Shown here one piece after another: positions 38,362 through 47,087 of a stretch of 64,000 nucleotides of DNA. The stretch's first letter is position 1, and the number at the start of each line of letters is the position of its first letter. Made by a program: the position numbers and the translations under genes. Origin of the DNA: Flavobacteriales bacterium (GTDB lineage Bacteria > Bacteroidota > Bacteroidia > Palsa-965); contig JBEIPA010000006.1 of assembly GCA_040377305.1 (NCBI GenBank), positions 96,001 to 160,000 on the forward strand, in the 5' to 3' direction. Under the pieces are notes generated by a model that ran no database searches, was not told where the DNA came from, and saw nothing but the letters and a program-made list of their open reading frames with translations.

Positions 38362-39711
38362 GTGACTACTAATCAAAGCCTTCCTCTCTCCAAGCAAATC
38401 GCGTACGCCTTCGGCATGATGGGATGGGGAATTATGATCAACCTGATCAGTGTGATCATTGTTTATTTGTACGTACCACCGGATGCAAGTGGGTTACCGA
38501 CATTAATTACTCAAGCAACAATCTTCGGAATATTCAATGTGATAGCGATTATTACGGCGAGTGGTCGATTGATAGATGCGGTGTATGATCCATTCATTGC
38601 GCAGTTCAGTGATCAGAGTAAAAATCCAAAGGGAAGAAGAATTCCGATTATGAAATGGGCGATCATTCCTTCGTTCATTTTTTGCGTCCTTGTGTTTTAT
38701 CCCCTGACAGATACGGAGAGCACAACCAACATTGTATGGCTGGTTATAACGCTTGTGCTGTTCTATGTTTCTTCCACGAGCTACATTATTCCGTACAATG
38801 CGTTGTTACCCGAACTTGCTCATGATTCTGCGTCGCAGGTGAAATTAGCAACATGGCAATCGGTTGGATATGTTGTTGGTATCGGAGTAGCATCGAATGC
38901 ATTCAATCTGACCGATGTTCTTCATGTGGGACTTGACATGAGCTCGCGACTGAATGCCCTGCAACTTACTGTTGTAATTCTAGCAGCAATTGGAGCTGTT
39001 TGTATGCTAATTCCGGTTCTTGCGATTGATGAGCGAAAATACGGATCTAAGAAACCACACGCTGTGCCGATGCGGGAAGCCTTGCGGGAAACACTGACGA
39101 ACAGAAATTTTCTATTATTCGTAGTTGCCGATTTTTCGTATTTCATCAGCGTAACGTTAATTACGTCCGGTCTGCTCTATTTCGTAAAAGTGCTGTTGCA
39201 GTTGCCTGAATCGCTTGGGAATAAACTGATGATTACGATGGTCCTGGTTTCGTTCCTGTTCTATCCCGTTACCAACATCTTAGCTGGTAAAATCGGAAAG
39301 AAGAAAATCGTTCTTGCGTCGCTACTTTTGCTTTCCGGCATTTTTCTGGGTGTGTATTTTCTGGGGCGATCCGATCTTGATCCGTACGTTCAGATATTCG
39401 GATTGATTGCGTTGGCGGCTATTCCATTTGCTGCGTTGAATATTTTACCGAATGCAATTCTTGCGGAGATCATTCAGAAAGACATTGAAGAAAGTGGTGA
39501 GAATAAAGAAGCGGTATTTTTCGCTGTGCGATACTTCTTCGTGAAGATTGCGCAGACATTCGGCATTGCTTTGTTCTCCATGTTTCTGATTTATGGTAAG
39601 GATGTTGGAGATGATGCTGGAATCCGGATGAATGGATTGTTGGGCTGTGGATTGTGTCTGCTTGCTGCGCTGGTGTTTACGCGGTTTCGTGAGAAGAAAG
39701 ATAATGGCTGA
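38362..39711 (+). CDS. MFS transporter, GPH (MelB-like) family
   Basis: About 12 TM; IDAVYDPFIAQFSD...GRRIP, PYNALLPEL; TATATTTG at 38350. Confidence 0.88.
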   Translation: MTTNQSLPLSKQIAYAFGMMGWGIMINLISVIIVYLYVPPDASGLPTLITQATIFGIFNVIAIITASGRLIDAVYDPFIAQFSDQSKNPKGRRIPIMKWAIIPSFIFCVLVFYPLTDTESTTNIVWLVITLVLFYVSSTSYIIPYNALLPELAHDSASQVKLATWQSVGYVVGIGVASNAFNLTDVLHVGLDMSSRLNALQLTVVILAAIGAVCMLIPVLAIDERKYGSKKPHAVPMREALRETLTNRNFLLFVVADFSYFISVTLITSGLLYFVKVLLQLPESLGNKLMITMVLVSFLFYPVTNILAGKIGKKKIVLASLLLLSGIFLGVYFLGRSDLDPYVQIFGLIALAAIPFAALNILPNAILAEIIQKDIEESGENKEAVFFAVRYFFVKIAQTFGIALFSMFLIYGKDVGDDAGIRMNGLLGCGLCLLAALVFTRFREKKDNG

Positions 39712-39838
39712 CATCCGTTGCAGAATGGTACGCTGAAAGAACGGAAAATACAGATCAAAACGGATTTGTGAGAACCAGGATCGTGGCTTCAAATTTTAAC
39801 CGCAAAGTCGCAGAGGCGCAAAGTCAAAGCAAAGAAAT

Positions 39839-41071
39839 TTATCGCGTAATATTATTCGGGCGGGCGTAAATCATTTGCATGACGTTGATATTACGCATAG
39901 CAAATGCAGCTTCGCAATAACACAAGTAATAATTCCACTTGCGGATGAATGCGTCGTCGAAGCCAAGTTTTTTTACGTTGGGAAGATTTGCATTGAAGCG
40001 ATCGCACCAGGTGTTGAGTGTACGCGCATAATGCAAGCCCATGTCCTTCAGATCGACGAGAGTTAAATCACCGGTTTTGTTGATGGCATCATTGAGTGCA
40101 CCAACTGAAGGGAGTAGTGATCCCGGGAAAATGTGTTTCTGAATCCAATCGACACCATGCCTGAGATTTTCGAAACGTGAGTCCGGACATGTGATGACCT
40201 GAATACCGAGAAGACCGTCCTTCTTCAGAAGTTCGTGGCACTTTTTGAAATACGGTTCGAGATATTCTGCGCCTACCGCTTCGAGCATTTCAATGGAAAC
40301 AATCTTGTCGAATTTGCCGGTGACCGTGCGATAATCCTGCACCACCACATTCACTTTGTCGGTGAGATTGTGTTGTGCTACGCGTTCTATGGCTAGCTTG
40401 TGCTGTTCTTCTGAAATTGTGACGGTCGTAACTTTGCAGCCATACTTAGATGCAATATGAATTGCGTTTCCGCCCCACCCGCTTCCGATTTCAAGAACGT
40501 GATCTGTCGGTTTCAATTTCAATTGCTGACACAGGCGGTCATATTTTTCATACTGCGCCTGTTCCAAATCGAAATTATCGTCTTTGAAATAAGCCGAGGA
40601 ATAGGTCATTGACGGATCCAGAAACAAAGCGAAGAAATCGTTGTTGAGATCGTAATGCGCTGAAATATTTTTTCGTGATCCTTTCACGCTATTCGAACGG
40701 CGTAAATGACGAACCGTGTTGAATGCTTTCAGAATATTCACAATTGCAGATTGAACAGAACTGCCCGAAACGCCCGGTACATTTTCCACATTCAGCAAAA
40801 ACCATTTGATAACATTGGTGATGTTGTCTGTTTCCCATTCGCCTTCAACGTATGCTTCACCAAATCCAACGTCACCATACAAAATACAACGCTTGAAGAA
40901 ATACTTGTCGTTGATTTTTACATTAGCAACAATCTGGCCTTCGCCGTTTCCAATAACTGTTTTCGACCCATCGGGAAATGTAACATTCAGCGTGCCGAGA
41001 TTCATGTTCTCGAGCAGCTTCATCACTTGTTTGTGATAAAAACCGGGCTGGTATGGTGTGTTCTTAGGCAT
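39839..41071 (-). CDS. cfa: Cyclopropane-fatty-acyl-phospholipid synthase family methyltransferase (Cfa/UfaM-like)
   Basis: GFGEAY, NISAHYDLNN, LDPSMTYSSA, LEIGSGWG, SIEMLEAVG, KHIFPG, YYLCYCEAAF. Confidence 0.9.
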   Translation of the reverse strand: MPKNTPYQPGFYHKQVMKLLENMNLGTLNVTFPDGSKTVIGNGEGQIVANVKINDKYFFKRCILYGDVGFGEAYVEGEWETDNITNVIKWFLLNVENVPGVSGSSVQSAIVNILKAFNTVRHLRRSNSVKGSRKNISAHYDLNNDFFALFLDPSMTYSSAYFKDDNFDLEQAQYEKYDRLCQQLKLKPTDHVLEIGSGWGGNAIHIASKYGCKVTTVTISEEQHKLAIERVAQHNLTDKVNVVVQDYRTVTGKFDKIVSIEMLEAVGAEYLEPYFKKCHELLKKDGLLGIQVITCPDSRFENLRHGVDWIQKHIFPGSLLPSVGALNDAINKTGDLTLVDLKDMGLHYARTLNTWCDRFNANLPNVKKLGFDDAFIRKWNYYLCYCEAAFAMRNINVMQMIYARPNNITR

Positions 41072-41863
41072 TTATTTGTCTCCGTATTTACGCATAACGT
41101 CGCGTTGCAGATTTGCGTGCGCGCCCTTTTTATGGAACGGAATCTTCTTGAACCATAATATTAAGGCATTCCAGTGAATCAAAAACATGATCTGTAACGG
41201 AATTATCGGGAAACGCAGGAAATACTTCAGCAAATTCCATCCAGAGAAGGCTTTACGATTTCCGGTGAGTGTGCTGATAAAAAATCGACGACCGTCTTTG
41301 ATGTCGTCAATACGGATATTTAGCTTCTCGCCGGGAACACCAACCACGAATTCAAAGTTTGCGTCGTGATCGATGAAAGGTGAAACGTAGAAATACTTGG
41401 TGGTGTTGAGGATGAATTTTTCGTCTTTCTTTTCAGTCACCAGATACGTTTTCATTTCACGATACGTGTTGCAGACTTCAACGATGGAGCAAACTACATT
41501 ATCGTTTTTGTCGTGACAGATGTAAAACGAAACCGGGTTAAAGTTGTAACCAAGCACCGCCATGTTAGTGAGCAACATGATTTTACCATCGGCGTTGTGA
41601 ATGCCGTTTTGCGCGAGATAATCGAGTATATGTTGTTTGGTATTCTTCGATTGATCCGGATTGTCGGCCGGCAGTTGCAGGTGTTCCCGATCGCGGTATG
41701 AAAAGAAGTTGAACTTGTTGCGGGAGAACATGAGGTGTTTCTTCGCAAGCCCATCGAGCTCATCCAGGTCAACGTAAAACATAAAGACGCTGTAATGAAA
41801 CCGATGAACCTTTGGTTCGAGGCGGTTGTGCATCACGAGGGCTTTATACAGGCAAGAATTCAA
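41072..41863 (-). CDS. DUF1365 protein (UfaO-like)
   Basis: VMHNRLEPKVHRFHY, GYNFNPVSFY, EVCNTY, KYFYVSPF, IHWNALILWFK; TTG start chosen. Confidence 0.88.
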   Translation of the reverse strand: MNSCLYKALVMHNRLEPKVHRFHYSVFMFYVDLDELDGLAKKHLMFSRNKFNFFSYRDREHLQLPADNPDQSKNTKQHILDYLAQNGIHNADGKIMLLTNMAVLGYNFNPVSFYICHDKNDNVVCSIVEVCNTYREMKTYLVTEKKDEKFILNTTKYFYVSPFIDHDANFEFVVGVPGEKLNIRIDDIKDGRRFFISTLTGNRKAFSGWNLLKYFLRFPIIPLQIMFLIHWNALILWFKKIPFHKKGAHANLQRDVMRKYGDK

Positions 41864-41942
41864 GTTCGCTTTGTAGATGATTGCTGACCCGAATCTGGAC
41901 TTTTCTTTGCCGCAGATTCGCAGATTACGCAGATTAAAATTA

Positions 41943-43187
41943 TTACAATTTACTGCACACTTCCACTGCAGACATGTACGCATCTTCGTGAAAACCGTAG
42001 CGGAAATAGCTGCCGCAAAAGTAAACCGGACCGGATTCGTTGAGTTTGTGCAACTCTGCCTGGGCATTCATAGCCGATACGTCAAACAAAGGGTGCGTGT
42101 AGTTGATGGATCGAATCAATTTCTTCGGATCGATGCTTCCTTCGATCGGATTTATAGAAACGAAATAGTTTTTCTTGTCGGAAACACCCTGCAAACTATT
42201 CATCCAATAAATCGTTGTTGGAACAGGAACACCCTTACGTTCTTCGATACGGTAGTTCCAGCTGCTCCACGTTGATTTCGTTTTCGGCATTACAGATTCA
42301 TCGGTGTGAACGGCTGCGATGTTTTCCTGATACCTGAAACAAGACAACAAACGAGATTCTTCGGCTGTCGGTTGTTCTAACATCGCGAGCGCTTCATCGC
42401 CATGAGCAGCAATTACCACCTTGTCGAATGTGTGTTCTTTGCCGTCCTGTGTCGTTACAATTGCTTTCCCGTTCTCGCGACGAACAGATTTCGCGCCGTT
42501 GTTGATCACGAAACGATCTTTGAAAGGAGCGATGAGAATTTTCTTGTACGATTCGCTTCCGTTGATGAGCGTGTACCACTGGTGTTGCGTATCCAATCCG
42601 AGAAATCCGTGGTTCTTAAAAAAACGCACGAGAGATACGATTGGAAATTCAAGCATCAGTTCCATTGGTGTGCTCCACACGGCGGAACTCATTGGAACGA
42701 GATACTTCCACAGCATGTCTTCGCCGTAACCGAATTCCTTGATGTATTCCCGTACCGAGTAGTTGCGGTACTTTTCCTGATCGAGAATTTTCACGCTCTC
42801 TTTGTTGAAGCGGGAAATCTGTTTCAGCATTTTAATGTAGCGGAAGTTGAAAATATTTTTGCGTTGAGCGAATAATCCGTTCAATCCGCTGCCGCAATAC
42901 TCGAGTCCGGAAGGAACGTGTTGTACGCTGAACGACATGCTGGTTTTCTTTACTGGCGCGTCTATCTCGGCAAACATTTTCGTGAGATGCGGATACGTTT
43001 CGTAATTGAACACCATGAAGCCCGTGTCCATGTGCACCTGCGAATCGCCTTCGGGAACTGAAACGGTATTGGTGTGTCCACCGATGTAATCGTTTTTCTC
43101 GAACAGAGTGATGTCGTACTTCTTGTGCAGAAGATGACCGCAGCCCATGCCGGCGATTCCTGTTCCTATGATTGCTAATTTTTCCAT
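41943..43187 (-). CDS. FAD-dependent oxidoreductase (COG2907, UfaD-like)
   Basis: IIGTGIAG, GGHTNT, DTGFMVFN..TYP, WSSWNY, YWMNSLQ, YTHP, GFHED. Confidence 0.9.
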   Translation of the reverse strand: MEKLAIIGTGIAGMGCGHLLHKKYDITLFEKNDYIGGHTNTVSVPEGDSQVHMDTGFMVFNYETYPHLTKMFAEIDAPVKKTSMSFSVQHVPSGLEYCGSGLNGLFAQRKNIFNFRYIKMLKQISRFNKESVKILDQEKYRNYSVREYIKEFGYGEDMLWKYLVPMSSAVWSTPMELMLEFPIVSLVRFFKNHGFLGLDTQHQWYTLINGSESYKKILIAPFKDRFVINNGAKSVRRENGKAIVTTQDGKEHTFDKVVIAAHGDEALAMLEQPTAEESRLLSCFRYQENIAAVHTDESVMPKTKSTWSSWNYRIEERKGVPVPTTIYWMNSLQGVSDKKNYFVSINPIEGSIDPKKLIRSINYTHPLFDVSAMNAQAELHKLNESGPVYFCGSYFRYGFHEDAYMSAVEVCSKL

Positions 43188-43189
43188 CT

Positions 43190-43289
43190 GTTGCCTGCCT
43201 GCGGCGCTCTACACGGCGGCACAGCGAAACGGCGACGTACTTTGTATTTCGAAGCCCACGCGGCAACGGCGTGATCGCCATGGCGATCT
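43190..43289 (+). repeat. ~100-bp dispersed repeat unit (single copy)
   Basis: GTTGCC(TGCC)TGCGGCGCTCTACACGGCG...CCCACGCGGCAACGGCGTGATCGCCATGGCGATCT. Confidence 0.75.
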
Positions 43290-43290
43290 G

Positions 43291-44322
43291 TTATCGTTTT
43301 CTAAATAAATAATGGCTCACGATCCATTCATCGCCCTTGTTGAATCCCCAGAGTTCGGCGCAGGCCATGTAGAAAATTCTCCAGTAGACCCACCACTTCG
43401 TAGCCTGTTCTTTGCCGTAGGTTTTTTCGAACAGCGGCATGATCTCAGTTTTGTGCGCGTCCATGTTTTCCAGCCAGGCTTCTGAAGTCTTGCTGTAGTG
43501 CATTCCGCTCACTTTCCAGTGCTGCTCCTTCACAAGATCATCGTCGAAATAGAAGAGCAAATCATCGCTCGGCATAATCCCGCCCGTGAAGAAATACTTG
43601 CTCATCCAGTCGCTTTCGTCGATCACTTCAAATTTGTAAGCAAGTGTTTTATGTGTGAAGATGTGCACGAACAGTTTTCCATCGGGTTTGAGCGCATCTG
43701 CAACCAGCTTCATCAATTTCTGATAATTGCGCATGTGCTCGAACATCTCGACAGAAACTACCCGGTCGAATTTTTTGCTGATGGAAAATTTATTGATGTC
43801 GGAAGTAATTACTTCGAGGTTGGAGATGCTGCGCTTCTTTGCAATTTCGTCGATGTAGATTTTCTGTGTGCGCGAATTAGACACAACGGTAAATCTGCTA
43901 TTCGGAAATTTCGCCGCCATGAAAAGCGAAAGCGATCCCCAGCCACATCCGAGCTCCATTACATCTTGTCCGTCTTTCAATTCTGCGCGCTCACACGTAA
44001 GTTCAAGCATGTCGTGCTCGGAAGTGTTGATGTCAGTTACACCATCCTTCCAGTAGCCACTGCTATACTTGAGATGCCTGCCGAGACAGTATTGATAAAA
44101 TTCGGTGGGGACCTCGTAATGCTGTTCGTTCGCTTCTGCTGTATTGATTGCAATTGGCGACGCTTTCAGTTCTGTAATAAGCTGGAGAAGGTTTGCTTTG
44201 TTCGCTTCGGGTGAACCTTTGTCTTCGTCGCGGAGACGTTGCCGTAGTAAAGCACGAATGCGATTGCGGATTAAAAAATCAGGAACCAGATCCTTCTCTA
44301 CAAACTTATCGTACCACATCAC
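43291..44322 (-). CDS. Second Cfa-family (coclaurine N-methyltransferase-like) SAM methyltransferase
   Basis: ANEQHYEVP, KYSSGYW, ELGCGWGSL, SVEMFEHMRN, FFTGGIMPS, WRIFYMACAELW. Confidence 0.88.
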   Translation of the reverse strand: MMWYDKFVEKDLVPDFLIRNRIRALLRQRLRDEDKGSPEANKANLLQLITELKASPIAINTAEANEQHYEVPTEFYQYCLGRHLKYSSGYWKDGVTDINTSEHDMLELTCERAELKDGQDVMELGCGWGSLSLFMAAKFPNSRFTVVSNSRTQKIYIDEIAKKRSISNLEVITSDINKFSISKKFDRVVSVEMFEHMRNYQKLMKLVADALKPDGKLFVHIFTHKTLAYKFEVIDESDWMSKYFFTGGIMPSDDLLFYFDDDLVKEQHWKVSGMHYSKTSEAWLENMDAHKTEIMPLFEKTYGKEQATKWWVYWRIFYMACAELWGFNKGDEWIVSHYLFRKR

Positions 44323-44362
44323 GTGTTATTTTAACCGCCAAGACGCCAAAACGCCAAGTCCT

Positions 44363-45142
44363 TTATTTCTTTTTAGGCAATGGAACGAAAGCACTTGTCG
44401 TACGTTGATACTCGCGGTACAAGTCTCCTTTGCTGCGGACTGCTTGTTCTTCCGTCATTGGAATTCCTGTGACTTTGAAAATGAGATAGCCGATAGACAA
44501 AGGACAGATGATTGAAATCCAACCGTAAGGACTTGGCAATGCCATGATGAAAACAGAAACCCAAATCATCAGCTGAAAAAAGTAATTCGGGTGACGTGAG
44601 TAATACCACAATCCGTCTTCACAAACTTTTCCTTTGTTAGCCGGATTCTTTTTGAATGCCGCGAGCTGATAATCAGAAAGACCTTCGCCGATAATTGCAA
44701 TTGCCCAGAGTGCGGCACCGATGTATTCGATCGTGTGTATTTGCGGATCAGTATTCAGGGCAATCAGGAAATACGGGATAGCGAGCATTACATTTGAAAA
44801 AGCTTGTCCCTGGAAGAAGAAAAAGAAAACCGTGTCGCTCCATTCTTCACGTAGTGCTTTGTAGCGACCCTCTTCGACTTTGAGGTGGCTACCAACGCGA
44901 ATGAGCAGATAAATTCCTAAACGCAAACTCCACAATGCAGCCAATCCGCATACCAGCATTTTCCGGTGTTCGTTTCCTTCAGCGAGAAACCAAATGATAC
45001 CCGCGATTACCAAAAAGTTAAACGCCCAGAAAATATCGACGATACCATTGTTCTTAATGATCCGTCCCCAAATGTAGATGAGGATCATGATGAACGAAAC
45101 TGCAGCGAAAGAAATCAGCGGTAGTGATAAGTAAGGGCTCAT
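44363..45142 (-). CDS. DUF1295 (steroid 5-alpha-reductase-like) membrane protein
   Basis: IVDIFW, WSLRLG, EEGRY, GLWYYSRHPNYF, TGIPMTE, YQRTTSAFVP. Confidence 0.9.
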   Translation of the reverse strand: MSPYLSLPLISFAAVSFIMILIYIWGRIIKNNGIVDIFWAFNFLVIAGIIWFLAEGNEHRKMLVCGLAALWSLRLGIYLLIRVGSHLKVEEGRYKALREEWSDTVFFFFFQGQAFSNVMLAIPYFLIALNTDPQIHTIEYIGAALWAIAIIGEGLSDYQLAAFKKNPANKGKVCEDGLWYYSRHPNYFFQLMIWVSVFIMALPSPYGWISIICPLSIGYLIFKVTGIPMTEEQAVRSKGDLYREYQRTTSAFVPLPKKK

Positions 45143-45202
45143 GAGTGAGGAGGGCAGAGGGTGGAGGTACGAGTTTGGATGGAGAAATTACATCATTACT
45201 AG

Positions 45203-45937
45203 TTATGCCGTGACTTTCCTAAGCTTGATTATGCCGACCCAATTCAGCGCGATGATAATCGGATAACTTGGATCAAGCTCAAACCATTTTTTCCCAAAGT
45301 TCGGGCTGTTAGGACTTTTGTGGTGATTGTTCTGCAACAGTTCTCCCATCAGGAAGAAATCGAGAGGTACGGTATTCTTGCTATGATCATCGTTCTCAAA
45401 AGAGCTATAGCCGTATTTATGTCCGCACCAGTTTACGATTGCACCTTGCACAGGTCCCATGAAGAAGTGAATTGGCAGTAATGCGAAGCACCAGTAATAT
45501 GGAGCAAATTTGAGGTAGAATAAAAAGTAGAGTACTCCGAATGCTACACGCACGAACCACATATCAGAAATCTTGTCGAGCAATTTCCATTCGGGATAAT
45601 TACCCTGAAAAGCTTTCTCCGGCTGCGCACCGTACTTCGCGTAGTTGAGGTAAATGTCTTTGGTCTTCATCGTCATGTGCCATACGTCTTTGAAGAAGTG
45701 TGGAGAATGCGGATCCTTTTCTGTATCGCTATACGCATGGTGCATTCGATGCATGATTGCATAAGCCCGGGGATTGAGGAAAGAAGATCCTTGCGTGATG
45801 AATGTGAAGAAGTAGAAGAATTTTTCCCAAAAAGGGTTCATTGCAAACATCTTATGCGAAGCATAGCGATGGAGGAAAAAGGTCTGTGCGAAAAGCGACA
45901 AAAACCAATGTGCGAGGAAGAAGATTACTATATACAT
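45203..45937 (-). CDS. Membrane acyl-CoA/acyl-lipid desaturase (delta-9-like)
   Basis: His boxes HRYASH, HRMHH and QNNHH; DPHSP. Confidence 0.92.
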   Translation of the reverse strand: MYIVIFFLAHWFLSLFAQTFFLHRYASHKMFAMNPFWEKFFYFFTFITQGSSFLNPRAYAIMHRMHHAYSDTEKDPHSPHFFKDVWHMTMKTKDIYLNYAKYGAQPEKAFQGNYPEWKLLDKISDMWFVRVAFGVLYFLFYLKFAPYYWCFALLPIHFFMGPVQGAIVNWCGHKYGYSSFENDDHSKNTVPLDFFLMGELLQNNHHKSPNSPNFGKKWFELDPSYPIIIALNWVGIIKLRKVTA

Positions 45938-46005
45938 GAATTGAGCGAAGCGCTATTTGAACGTGAGTGCAAATATCGGGACTTAATTGCCAAGATATAC
46001 GTGTA

Positions 46006-46174
46006 AATGGTAATTGGGGATTGGAGGAATGGGGATTGGGGCAATGGGGAATTAGGGCAATGGGGCAATGGAAATTAAACACGTGAGATAACTCTCAGGG
46101 ATGCAGATATTTTCACAGCTATATATCGCAATAGCCTAGTACCCAATCGCCCTATCCCCTATTTCCCTAATCCC
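46006..46174. repeat. Inverted pair of degenerate 8-nt tandem tracts (G-rich and C-rich)
   Basis: aattgggg attggagg aatgggga ttggggca atggggaa ttagggca atggggca..., then cccaatcg ccctatcc cctatttc cctaatcc. Confidence 0.7.
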
Positions 46175-46209
46175 TTATTTATTATATTCGTAACCTACAA
46201 GAATTTACT

Positions 46210-47043
46210 ATGCCTACAAACAACCATTTTCTGGTACCTACTGATTTTACCGCGGTCGCTGATTGCGCCCTGCAACACGCATTATCTGTTGCAAAAACTG
46301 TTAACGGACATGTTACGCTGCTCCACGTTATCGGTAAATCCGGTGAGCGTGTCAGTGCTCAAAAGAAGCTTGCAGAAATTGCACAGAAGGCCGCACAGTG
46401 GTCGGGTGTAACGATTGAAACTGTTGTGAAAGAAGGCAACATTTTCGACGACATTGGTGGAGTTGCAGAATCACTTGGTGCGAAACTCATTTTCATGGGA
46501 ACTCATGGCGTGAAGGGCATGCAACATATTACAGGAAGCCATGCGGTGAAAGTATTTACGAATTCAAATGTTCCTTTCGTTGTTGTACAGGAGCGTGGAA
46601 TCCGTAATGGCTATAAGAACATTGTACTTCCCATGGACCTGAGTAAAGAATCGAAACAGAAGCTTGATCTCGTTATCAAGATGGCTGCTTACTTCGGATC
46701 GAAGGTTCACATTTTCTCTCAGCATGAAAACGATGAGTTCATCAAGAAGTCGATTATGCTGAATACGAATTACGCGAAGAACGAATTGGTGAAACATAAA
46801 GTTGACTTCGATATTCAGGAAGCAACAGAGCAAGGGAATTTCGTAAAGCAGATGCTTGACTACGCGAAGAAGAGTGATGCTGACCTGATTGCAGTTGTCA
46901 ACTCTCAGGAGCGCGGCGTGCACGAATTACTTCACGGCACAGCGGAGCGTGAAACGATCACGAATGAAGCACAGATTCCGGTAATGGTTGTTAATCCGAT
47001 CAGTGTAACGAACGCGAAGATTGCGTATTTCATTTCGGGTTAG
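46210..47043 (+). CDS. Universal stress protein (tandem USP domains)
   Basis: LVPTDFT, LIFMGTHG..G...GS, VPFVVV, IPVMVVNP. Confidence 0.9.
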   Translation: MPTNNHFLVPTDFTAVADCALQHALSVAKTVNGHVTLLHVIGKSGERVSAQKKLAEIAQKAAQWSGVTIETVVKEGNIFDDIGGVAESLGAKLIFMGTHGVKGMQHITGSHAVKVFTNSNVPFVVVQERGIRNGYKNIVLPMDLSKESKQKLDLVIKMAAYFGSKVHIFSQHENDEFIKKSIMLNTNYAKNELVKHKVDFDIQEATEQGNFVKQMLDYAKKSDADLIAVVNSQERGVHELLHGTAERETITNEAQIPVMVVNPISVTNAKIAYFISG

Positions 47044-47087
47044 TAGCTGGAAGCAGTCCGGACGCTAAGTTGAGATACTGATCGCTG

